Assembly (NCBI RefSeq): GCF_006345805.1 | Contig: NC_042998.1 | Coordinates: forward strand, 23,064,001 to 23,128,000 | From: Octopus sinensis | Lineage: Eukaryota | DNA length: 64,000 nucleotides | Direction of reading: 5' to 3' | Shown here: positions 1 through 11,900 of the stretch, piece by piece | Layout of the letters: each line of letters begins with the position of its first letter | How positions within the stretch are numbered: position 1 is the first letter of the stretch | Notes under the pieces: generated by a model | What the model was told of the DNA's origin: nothing | The model's input: the letters and a program-made list of their open reading frames with translations, nothing else | Databases searched by the model: none | Position numbers and translations under genes: made by a program

Positions 1-524
1 TCTTCAATAGGGAAGCTGAAAAAAGAAAAAAGGGATTGCTGTGAAGTCACTGGATTAAACAACAACCTGATGAGCATCACGAAGAGACAAAACTGATGCA
101 GTATGGGAACATGTTGGTATGTCTTGCTTAAAAAGCATCTTGTAAGGAATAATTCCAGAATGAAGTAGGGGAGATGAGAAGAGGGAAGGATGGAAGATAG
201 CTTCAACATTAGGATAACATGAACTTCACCAAGTCTCAAAAATAGAGAAAAATTATAAGAAATGGAAAACGTGAATTTGTTGGTCTTCAGAGTTACCCAA
301 ACAGCCTATGATATAAAGTTGATAATGATGATGTTATATAGCTGTTATACAAGGCTTAGATTTTCATGAATTCTGAAATAATTTCCTATCATAGGTTTAT
401 GTTTTCATGAAGTCATCTTTCTCCTCATCTCAGTGATAGAAGACATGCTTATTTAAGAGTACATCCAGTACTCATAAATCACATTCCATTCTTTAAGATA
501 TTCTTGGAATAAAAAACAAAGTAG

Positions 525-567
525 TCACATATTTCCCTTCATTTCCCAACGTTGTTTGTGTTCAAAT
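525..567 (-). CDS. FAM204A: FAM204A exon 7 (FEHKQRWEMKGNM*)
   Basis: Acceptor ttatag|, TGA at 527-525. Confidence 0.93.
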
Positions 568-2891
568 CTATAAAAAAAGAGAAAAACTCAAATTATATAC
601 ATATTGACATGAATAAAACAAAAACAAAAAAAATAAACACTTGGTGTTTTAGGAGGGTCATTATACAAATAACACATGCACTGGTTAAATATCACTTCTT
701 TATTTTTAAACAATCAGTTAAATATTTAATCAACATACAAATCAATTGTTTGTTTAATGTGTTGGTTAAACAAACAATTGATTAGTTTTGTTGGTTAGAT
801 ATTTAACCAACTGACTAACAATAATGAAGTGATATTGCACAAGTGAGTATGTTATTGGTGCAATGACCCTCCCAAGACACAAATTCACATCAAGAATCTT
901 GTAAACCAAACACAAAAATGAAGTAAACATTTGTTTTGAATGATTTAATATCAGCGAATTCCTTAACAGATGCATTGCTAAAATGTTTTGCAACATTTAA
1001 TTCCACACCTTTAAGTTACAAACTGAAATCCCATCACTTTTCATTTCTCCAGGGACATTAGAATAAGTAAAAATACACTAGGGTTGAATAAATTAATTAC
1101 ACTGGTATCAACTAACCCTTCCCCTCAATTAACTAGGGTTGAATAAATCAGTTACACTGCTCCCTGGCAAAAATGAGCTAATATCTAAAGGAAAAAAAAG
1201 AATTGATAATTGACATGCCAAAACTTTCATACATCCTTCAGTTTACCTTTTACAATCACTCCACAATATTGGTTTCAAATTTTGGCACAAGGCCAGCAAT
1301 TCCGAGAAGCACCCTTGCCAGCGGAGCATTAAGAGCACCATCTGAGCATGATCGCTGCCAGAGCAACTGACTGGCTTCCGTGCTGGTGGCACGTAAAAAG
1401 CACCATTCAAACGTGATTGTTACCAGCGTCACCTTACTGGTACTTGTGCCGGTGGCACGTAAAAAACACCACTTGAGCATAGCCGTTGCCAGTACTGCCT
1501 CACTGGCCCTAGTGCCAGTGGCACGTAAAAGCACCCACTACACTCTGTTATAGTTGTTAAGCAACAAGACAGGTAAGGGTGATTAGGTGATGGTCTAGGG
1601 CTTAGGGGCAGGAGACCCCAGATCTTGAGAAAAAAAACTTTGGTTGTCTTGTAGTTGAGGGCTCTTCGTTGACGCCCGACACTACTGGGAGGTGGCCGTC
1701 GAAGTCGCTGGAAATGGAGATCTCCAGGTCCAAATTCTTGGACAGCCCCACTACACTCTTGGAGTGGTTGGCGTTAGAAAGGGCATCCAGTTGTAGAAAC
1801 TCTGCCAGATCAGATTGGAGCCCGGTGCAGCCATCTGGTTTGCCAGACCTTAGTTAAATCGTCCAACCCATGCCAGCATGGAAAGCGGACGTTAAACGAT
1901 GATGATGATGATGATGATGTAGTAAGTTGATTACCTTGGCCCCAGTACTAAACTTGTACTTACTTTATCAACCCCAAAAGGATGAAAGATAAAGTCAACC
2001 TTGGAAGAATGGACAAAATACTGCAATGCAATTTGCCTGGTGTGCTAATGGCTCCACCAGCTCACAGCCTTAGAATCACTCAACAATACTAAACAGCTTC
2101 CAACAATCTTTCAACAAAAAGTGTTCGGGAGCCCATAGGATGGCTTGTACCAGTAATTCAAAGGTCCAGCTTTGTTCCATACTGTCTCATATGACTCTGC
2201 CTGAGAATATGTAAAGTGTCCACAGGACTGTGTGATACTTGACCACTTATCCTCTAATTCTATGAGCCTATGGTTAGAAATTCTGACCAAGTTCCATTTC
2301 ATCATCATCATCATCATCATCATCGTTTAACGTCCGTTTTCCATGCTAGCATGGGTTGGACGGTTTGACCGGGGTCTGGGAAGCCAGGAGGCTGCACCAG
2401 GCTCCAGTCTGATCTGGCAGTGTTTCTACAGCTGGATGCCCTTCCTAACACCAACCACTCCGTGAGTGTTGTGGGTGCTTTTTACGTGCCACCGGCATAG
2501 GGACCATGGGGGGCTGGCAAACGGCCACAATCGGTTGGTGCTTTTATGTGTCACCGACACGTTTTCATTATTTCAGTATCAGAGGTTGACTTTGCCTTTC
2601 ATCCTTTTGAGGTCGATAAATTAAGTACCAGTTGTGTACTGGAGTTGATCTAATCAACTGGCCCCCTCCCCTAAAATTTCAGGCCTTGTGCCTAGAGTAG
2701 TAAAGAATATTATCTAAGTATCAGTTGAGCACTGTAGCCGAGGTAATCCACTTACCCCCTCCCCCAAAATTGCAGGCCTTGTGCCAAAATCTGAAGCCAT
2801 TACTCATTTACTTGTTTCAGTCATTTGACTGCAGCCATGCCATCGGTTGTCAAGCGATGTTGTGGGGACAAACACAGACACACAAACATAT

Positions 2892-2930
<39 letters not shown>

Positions 2931-5900
2931 CGGCAGTCTTCCTTCAGTTTCCGCCTACCAAATCCACTCACAAGGCCTTGGTGGGCCTGATGCTATAGTA
3001 GAAGACATTTGCCCAAGGTGCCATGTAGTAGGACTGAACCCAGAACCATGTGGTTGGTAAGCAAGCTACTTACCACATAGCCACCAGGCAACTACTGGAG
3101 TCAATGGTATCAACTAACCCCTCCCCTCAAAGCTTCTAGCTTCATAACCAAATTAAAGACGATCGTATTTCTAATAATGCAAAATTCTTACCCCCAGTGC
3201 AGCTTCTTCTTTTTCTTAGCTTTGACAGTCATTTCCTCATCCTAAACAAATAGAAATGAAAAAAAATTTTACTAGACAAAAATGTCGATTTCTGAGATAC
3301 AAAACCTTATAATAAATAAAAGCGCCCTTTTAAAGCCTAACCAGGCTCATGAGCCCGGGTTCTCGGTTTCTATGGCGTATGTGTTCCCCAGCTGGATGGG
3401 ACACCAGTCCATTGCAGCGTTACTCATTTTTGCCAGGTGAGTGGACTGGAGCAATGTGAAATGAAGTGTTTTGCTCAAGAACATAACGCGTCGCTCAGTC
3501 CAGGAATTGAAACCATAATCTTACGATCATGATGCTGGCACCCTAACCACTAAGCCACGCACCTCCACTAATGCCCTTTTAAAGCTTAGCCAGGCTCATG
3601 GGCCCGGTTTCAATGGCGTATGTGTTCACCAGCTGGACGGGACGTCAGTCCATCGCAGCGTTACTCATTTTTGCCAGCTGAGTGGACTGGAGCAACGTGA
3701 AATGAAGTGTTTTGCTTAAGGACACAATGCGTCGCCTGGTCCAGGAATCGAAACCACAATCTTATGATCATGATGCCGACACCCTAACCACTAATCCACA
3801 TGCCTCCACTAGTGCCCTTTTAAAGCCTAGCCAGGCTCATGGGCCTGGTTTCCCGGTTTTAATGGTGTATGTGTTCCCCAGCTGGATGGGACGCCAGTCC
3901 ATTGCAGTGTTACTCATTTTTGCCAGCTGAGTGGACTGGAGCAAAGTGAAATTAAGTGTTTTGCTCAAGAACACAATGCGTCGACCGATCCAGGAATCAA
4001 AACCACAATCTTATGATCATGATGCCGACACCCTAACCACTAAGCCATGCACCTCCACACAAAACCTTATAGTTATGATGAAAACAGAAATGGGGCATTT
4101 ATGTCATTAATGCTATTTCTAAAGACATTTGTTTCTTTTCTTGTACCTCAAAAGTTACCAAAAAATATCTTCCAACAGGTAACTGAAATTCCCTTGCAGT
4201 ACAATAATACTAAGAGCACTTTGTGATAACACTGAATTCTTATCGTAATACAAGATCTCAGAATACACGGGGAAGACAGGAACGAGGTGGTATGATGCTC
4301 ATGCTTTGCTCAATTGCATAAGGAAAAAAAAAAAAAATGTAATCACAACAACTGGGAAGAAGAACTGAGTGGTAGACTTGATTCATTAACACTCCTTCTC
4401 TAGTTTCTTCTCTCTTCTGGGGAATATTAATTTTTTAACAAAGATTCAAAGACACAAATTTTGTGGGGAAGGAATAAAGTCATAGCAGGGATATACTTTA
4501 TTGATACTGGTGCCATGTAAAAAGCACCTGTGCCAGAACCATGTATATTAAGAATACTAAGAAATTGAAAATAAGTAAATAGAAGAGTCTACATCATTTA
4601 CATTTGACAAATATTTGTCCTCATCTTGTTTGTTGTTGACACAACGTTTTGGCTGATATACCCTCCAGCCTTCATCAGGTGTCTTGGGGAAATTTCGAAC
4701 CTGGGTTCTCATTCCTAAGGTGGTCGTCGTTATTGTTATTATTATTACTGTAGCGAAAGAGGTGGTATGGTGGACCCGTTTGAAAGGGCTTAGGTCAGAC
4801 ACTTTCCTCTTTGGCCCAGGCCTCATCAACTTTTTCAAGTTCCACTTGAAAAGGAAGGTGAGAGTAGAGAGGGAAGTGTTGTACGATAGCAAGTTTAGTG
4901 AGAGGTGGATAAATGTCACAAGAATGGCCAGTATGAAAGGAGCCATTCAGAGGATACACCTGTGATTAAAAAGGTATTACAAAAGGAGAAAGGGGCTCTC
5001 TACCCACCTTTTGACCAGGCTCCCGTGGCTTTTATGGGTTTTTCCACAAGGAACCTTTCGTAACGCCTCCCCCTATTGGGAGTTTTTCATTGTTATAATT
5101 TTTCGTTGTTACATTGTTTTTACACGGTTTTTTACAAACGGACAAAACCCTTTGTAACCTTTCGTCTTGTGTTTTGTCCCTTTATGTTATAATTAGTTTT
5201 TGTCAGCCCTTGTGGCCAATAAAAGAATTAATTATTATTATTATTATTCAGGTCAATGCCTGGAATCGAACTTGGGATTTAGGGTTAGTAGCCCGCGCTC
5301 TTAACCACTACACTATATGCCCGTGGGCAAATGGTTAAGAGCTCAGGCTATTAATCCCAAAATTCCGAGTTTGATTCCTGGCAGTGACCTGAACAGCAAC
5401 AGTAACAACAATGAGAACCCAGGTTCGAAATTTCCCCAAGACCCCTGATGAAGTCTGGAGGGTATATCAGCCAAAACGTTGTGTTAACAACAAAAAAGAA
5501 GAGGACAAATATCTGTCAAATGTAAATAATGTACATAATTCCTCATCTCTTAAATGTAGAAGAGTCTAGTTACCTTTTTCCGTTTTAAGTATTCCCGGGC
5601 TTCAAAAGAACCTGTAATTTTTACAGCAAACTGCAAAAGAAAAAAGAACAGCAAGATTAGATCATAATTTGTAAATATATTTGGTTTCTTTTACATAAGT
5701 GGTTCTTAACCATTTTTTACCTATGGACTATTTGCTTCCAATTTTACTCAGGTGGATCCTAAGAGTAATTCAATGTTTAAAAAATTCCTCTTATATTTTT
5801 ACATTTAAATATTATGAGATGTTGTATAAAAATTTGTTAAAATGTTTTGTGTATTCATCATTATTGTCATCACCATCACTGTTTAACATCCGCTTTCCAT

Positions 5901-8900
5901 GCTGGCATGGGTTGGATGGTTCGACTGAGGACTGGCAAGCCAGGAGACTCTCTCTTTTACTTGTTTCAGTCATTTGACTGTGGCCATGCTGGAGCACCAC
6001 CTTTAGTCGAGCAAATCGACCCCGGGACCTATTCTTTGTAAGCCCAGTACTTATTCTATCGGTCTCTTTTGCCGAACCGCTAAGTGACGGGGACGTAAAC
6101 ACACCAGCATTGGTTGTCAAGCAATGCTAGAGGGACAAACACAGACACACACATACATATATATATATGTATATACATATATACGACAGGCTTCTTTCAG
6201 TTTCCATCTACCAAATCCACTCACAAGGCTTTGGTCGGCCTGGGGCTATAGCAGAAGACACTTGCCCAAGATGCCATGCAGTGGGACTGAACCCGGAACC
6301 ATGTGATTGGTTAGCAAGCTACTTACCACACAGCCACGTACCAGGCTCCAATCTGTTCTGGCAAGGTTTCTACAGCTGGATGCTCTTCCTAACACCAACC
6401 ACTCCGAGGGTGTATGGGGGTTGTTTTTTACGTGCCACCAGCATGGGAACCGGTTACAACCAATTTATTGCATATAAATTTTAACAAAAACAAAAAAAAT
6501 TTTAAACAGACTCTCAAATGTCATGAGGACCCCTGATGGTCATATGGGACCCTGGTTGAGAACCACTGATTTACACAGAATATTTACTAGAGGCCTGGTT
6601 CTTAGTTTACTAACCCACGATGTGTACCAGTGATCAAATAACATTGAATTAAAACATCAAAGTCTAAGATAATTACCTCCCTTTTTGCTAATCTGTCACT
6701 GAGAGTTTCTGCTGTTTCAAAGTCTCCTTTTGCTATAGCTTCGTTAATTTGCTTCTCCAAACCAGATTTAGGAGCTGATGTGGAAACAGGGTTGTATTGT
6801 AAATGACTGTTCACATCGAGATATTGTTTTAAATCCTTCCATTCATGCTCACAGTCAGCAACGTCAGAGTTTGATCTGGGGAAACAAAATTGAAACAAAA
6901 TACAGATACAATTATGAGTGAAGAAGAGAATATTTGACTATGTTTTCGTGTATATGACATCAAACTTACATCCAGAGAATGTGAAAACTTCAGGAATATC
7001 AGTTGAAGCGGTCAGCAGGTAAGTTAGCTGTATGCCAATAGTTCATAATCCATCATCTATAGTAAATTGTATCTCAAACAAAACTATTTTATTCTCAATG
7101 TTTCAATCCACCTAGATTGAAACAAGGAAGGAATGGAATCACCGAATAAGTCATTTCTGTATTAGCTTCAATTTTCTCTGAGAAAATTATTGGGATTTAT
7201 TTCACATCTGCTTTATATTTGAGTAGAAGCACTGGATTAACTAGAAATAAACAAGGTCTAGTTTTTTGATGGTCCAATGTTTTGATTAAGAGGCAACTAT
7301 GGTTTTCTTTTATCTCAAGTCTACTAGGTTGAAGAAATTTTGAGACAATCTTCAAAAAAAAATTTTATGATCCCACAAGGAAAATTCAATATCACTTCTA
7401 TTTTTATTCAAACAAATCTTAAATGCTGTGACTGTATATTCTATAATCTAACTTTTAAAGAAGTTTAAATATAAATAAGAGGCAAGTGTTGCTACAAAGG
7501 CAAACCTATAGAAAGAAAATGAATGGAATTGCTGCCTGTGTAATTTTCAGATATTTGTTTCCATTCCTATGCTGATATATATATATATATATATACATAC
7601 ATATGAGGCCCTGTGCTCATTTATCAAGAGAAAAATATTAGGCTGTTTCACATGAAATGTCGTATTTATTTAAAAAGATAACAATAAAATGTTTCAGAAG
7701 TCTTAGAGAACTGATTTATTTAATCCAAGTATGATTCATGTTAATATATGATGTTTACCCAACGTTTCTCTATGTCATATGTTCCATCTTTAAAAAATAA
7801 TTCATCTTTTGCTGTGATAAACCGTCCAAATGCTTCAATTACCTCTCCTCTATTTAAGAATGTTTTATTGCTTATGAAAAGCTCAAAATGCTTAAATAAG
7901 CAATGATCAGTAGGAGAGATATCAGGGGAATAGAGAGGATGTTGCAAAATCTCATAATTCAGGCTTTTGCAACTTTTGGACTGTAGCTTCAGGAGTGTGA
8001 GGACTTGCATTGCTGTGGAGCAAAATTGGGCCATCTCTATTCACTCGTCTGGGTGGCTTCTTTTTAAAATTCTAATGCATGCAATCAATTTCCTGGCAAT
8101 ACGAGGTTGCTGTTACTGTTTTTCCTTGTTGCAAAAATGAATAATGAATAACTCCCTTTGCAGACCACCATACAGTGACCACTAACTTTTTAGGGTTTGG
8201 GTAGTGTTTAGGTGACTCTCCTGCATCTAATCACTGTCCTGTTTTCCTGCTGTTGTCAAAGAGTATCCATTTCTTATCACAAGTTATGATTTGATGCAAA
8301 AATGGTCTTTTTCCAGTTAAGAAAGCAATAAGGAGCACACTTCAAGACATCTGCTTTTTTGAATCTCATTCAATTGATGTGGAACAAACTTATCGATTTT
8401 CTTGACTTTTCCAATTTTTTACAGGTGTCCAAAAACAGTAGTGCAAGATGTTTGGAGTTCTGGTGAAAGTTCTCAAACCTTTGTTCTTGCATTTTTACGA
8501 CCAAATCATTTAATCTATCATGCCAAATAACTTATTTTGGCCTAACCCTTGGTTTATTTTCAAGGCTATCTCACCTGAATGAGAGCTTTGGAACCATCTC
8601 TGAACAGTTCTGATGTTAACAAAACCATTACCAAAGACCCGCTTGATATTCTATAGAGCTTCTGTGTCAGAGTGACCCAGTTTGTACTCACATGAGAAAA
8701 TCACTCAAAATGGTTTGGTTGTTATCATTTTCATAAGGTCTATGGGTAGGAATTTTGTATACCAATATTGTTGGGAAAGAAAAAAAATCAAGATAAAATG
8801 CAAGGTATATGTAATTGAGTTTTTAAATTACTGAAATAACAGTTAATTAAAAATGCGACATTTCATGTGAAACAAGCCTAATAAACTCACAGATGAATTA

Positions 8901-11900
8901 AAAACATTTGTAGAAAAATTATTAAGTAAACTTACGTTTTACAGTTTTGAATTTCTTCATTATCAGTTGAAGGTTTTTCTTCATGAGAATTTACATTTTT
9001 CTGAGAAGTAATGGAAGAATCTGGGAGCTTTTCACTGCCATCCTCTAAATTAAAGAAAAAAAATAAAATAAAATTTTGAAAACAAAACATAAAAAGAAGC
9101 TAAAAATATTTTGAAAACTATTTCACTGATCAAATTTGAAAAGCAATACTTCACCTTTCTTGTCATCTTCTGAAGTTTTGACTTTTGATTTTGAATGTTT
9201 ATTCAATAAATCATCTGTCTTCTTTTCCAGCCTTTTAAATTTCTGCGAATGATAAGGAATTTCAGTTATGACTTTGTGATGTCTATTACCATAAACAAAA
9301 CAAAAAAAAAGATGTACCAAAAAACAACATTTAATCAAAAAAAATTAAAATCTTCAGCATGATACTAAAGACCATCAAGTTATTTAGATATCTTACAAGA
9401 CAGACATATCTTATAAACAAGGTGGTGCCCCAGTATGGCCACAATCTAATGACTGAAACAAATAAAAGATAATTCTTCTACTGGGTATTTCAAATTCGTT
9501 TCAGGGGTGAGGTAAGTACACAACACCAATGAGTAGCAAAAACTGCAAAATATTGATATCTGTCATCCTTGATCATTTCTAGGGAACCTTTCTTTGCCTA
9601 ACTTTGTTTTTTAACATATCTTCAGAGGGACCTCCCTTAGATGAAATACTGCATATGTATATGCATATATATATATATCATCATCATCGTTTAACGTCCG
9701 TTTTCCATGCTAGCATGGGTTGGACGGTTCAACTGGGGTCTGGGAAGCCAGGAGGCTGCACCAGGCGCCAGTCTGATCTGGCAGTGTTTCTACAGCTGGA
9801 TGCTCTTCCTAATGCCAACCACTCTGTGGGTGTAGTGGATGCTTTTTATATGCCACCAGCATGGATGCCAGTCAAATAAATTGGCCACACTCGGATGGTG
9901 CTTTTTATGTGCCATCGGCATGGATATCACAACTACAATTTCCATTTGATTTTTATTTTGACGTTGATGTACTTGACTCAATAGATCTCTTCAAGCACAG
10001 CAGGTCACCCTACGATCCAAGGTTAGCACAGTAGGCCGTCCTGCGAGCCATGAACTCACTTCCTTTGTCAGGTTATCGCATTTATATATATATATATATA
10101 TATTATATGTAGAAAAATACAAACTGGGACAAGAACGTAAAACATTTAGAAGACACTACAAAAAACACGGACGTGACATTCAAAGCCTTCAATCTTCAGT
10201 CAAGAACCGGATCATCCTCGCAATTTCGGCTGGCAATCATGCTGAAGCATCACTGTGATTTTGCACTTTTTCCACATCTTTGTTGTTTAGCTAATTTCTT
10301 CTGCGTAGTGGGATTTCATACTACCACTCCTGCATGTGCTTTTCCCCCTTGCTTGTTGGCCCATCTGGTGCATGAGGGGATTTGACACTGCTGCTCTCAT
10401 CTGTACTTCATGCTGGCATGTTGGTTCATCTGTTATCATCGACAGGAGAATGACCAGTTCCGTTTTGAAGGCATCCACATTACATAGGTTTCTTAATTCT
10501 TCTGGCAGAGCATTGAATAGCCCTAAGCTATTGCAGTACCTGGTCCTGGCTTTAGATTGGGTGGACAGTACCTTTGGTACAACATAATGGTATCCAGTTT
10601 AGGCATTTATATAACACTTGATGCCAAAATTAGGTGCTAACCCATCCATAATTTTCCATGCCGTTGCCAGCGCTGTTCCGACGAGCCTCCGTGCCGGTGG
10701 CACGTAAAAAGCACCATCCAATCGTGGCCAACCTCGCCTGGCCCCCGTGCTGGTGGCACGTAAAAAGCACCATCCGATTGTGTCCATTGCCAGCCTAGCC
10801 TGGCCCCTGTGCTGGTGGCACGTAAAAAGCACCATCCGACCGTGGCCGTTTGCCAGCCCCGTCTGGCAACTGTGCCGGTGGCACGTAAAAAGCACCCACT
10901 ATACTCACGGAGTGGTTGGCGTTAGGAAGGGCATTCAGCCGTAGAAACATTGCCAGATCAGACTGGGCCTGGTGCAGCCTTCTGGCTTCCCAGACCCTAG
11001 TTGAACCGTCCAACCCATGCTAGCATGGAAAGCAGACGCTAAATGATGATGATGATGAGATTATAGCATATCTCTAGTGTCTTTGCTCCAGGGAATAAAG
11101 CTGTAGTTTTTTCAGCCTCTCCCTGTAATTCATCTGTTGCACTTTTACAATCTTCTTAGTGTAGTAGCGTTGGATCGCTTCAAGCTCTGCTGTTAGTTTG
11201 GCACTATGTAGTGACTATAGTTAAGAGCAGTAGCCCAGGTGGTTGGGAACAAAGATCTTCCACAGGATCAACATGGTTTCTTGTCTTGAAGGACCTTAGT
11301 ATCCACCCTGCCAACTGTCTGCACTTGATTGCCATCTTGGTAATGTCTATATTGTTCAAGAGCAACCATATTGACATGATGCTTCCTGGGGCCTGTGAAG
11401 AGCTTGGGTCCAGCCTCTACCACCAAATTAAACCACTATATATGAATCATTATAAGCTAAATGAACTGATTTCAAATGAACTTCACATCCCTAATGCCAA
11501 ATCTACATTTGTATAATAAACATTTTGTTTTTATTCAAAGTTAAGATTAGTACAGGTAATAAAACAGTAATTTATTTGTTGAAGATATCTTTAGTTTCAT
11601 TGAATTTTTCTTAAACCTTGGCTAATCGACCATTAAAATTTGGCATAACTTCAGATGTATACCCCAATGGTACTGATTTCGTTTCTTCACAACTTTCTGA
11701 AAAATGTATATTTTTTTCTAATAGTGTAGATTATGATTATAAGGAAATTAGTTGGGAAAAATGTTTCAGAGGCGTGCGTGTATATTTGTGTGTGTGGGTT
11801 TCGGATAATTCACCACTCATGACTTGGTTTCTGTAACTTTCTGAAAAATGAATATTTTAAAATAGAATTTTCTACTAATACATTTCAGATGGTGTACATT

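Larger units (their letters stand above)
4591..5556. mobile_element. Composite foldback element (hammerhead arm / back-to-back tRNA-like heads / hammerhead arm) with a LINE fragment inside
   Basis: Arms about 4591-4720 and 5411-5556 are reverse complements; direct repeat TAGAAGAGTCT at 4580-4590 and 5557-5567; inner palindrome 5247-5393. Confidence 0.72.

Noticed and set aside
5247-5393. Two functional tRNA genes
   Set aside because: Box A/B present, but the acceptor stem and arms are degenerate, the isotype is unassignable (loop CTACTAA), and they sit inside a repeat; treated as SINE-type heads.
10150-10260. Further hammerhead on minus (CTGAAGA...)
   Set aside because: No GAAA box correctly placed after a stem II and no matching stem I in this copy.
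10691-10900. CRISPR array (29-bp palindromic repeats, ~33-bp spacers)
   Set aside because: Eukaryotic intron, no cas genes, linkers homologous to each other, and the same arrays recur inside many copies of one dispersed repeat.
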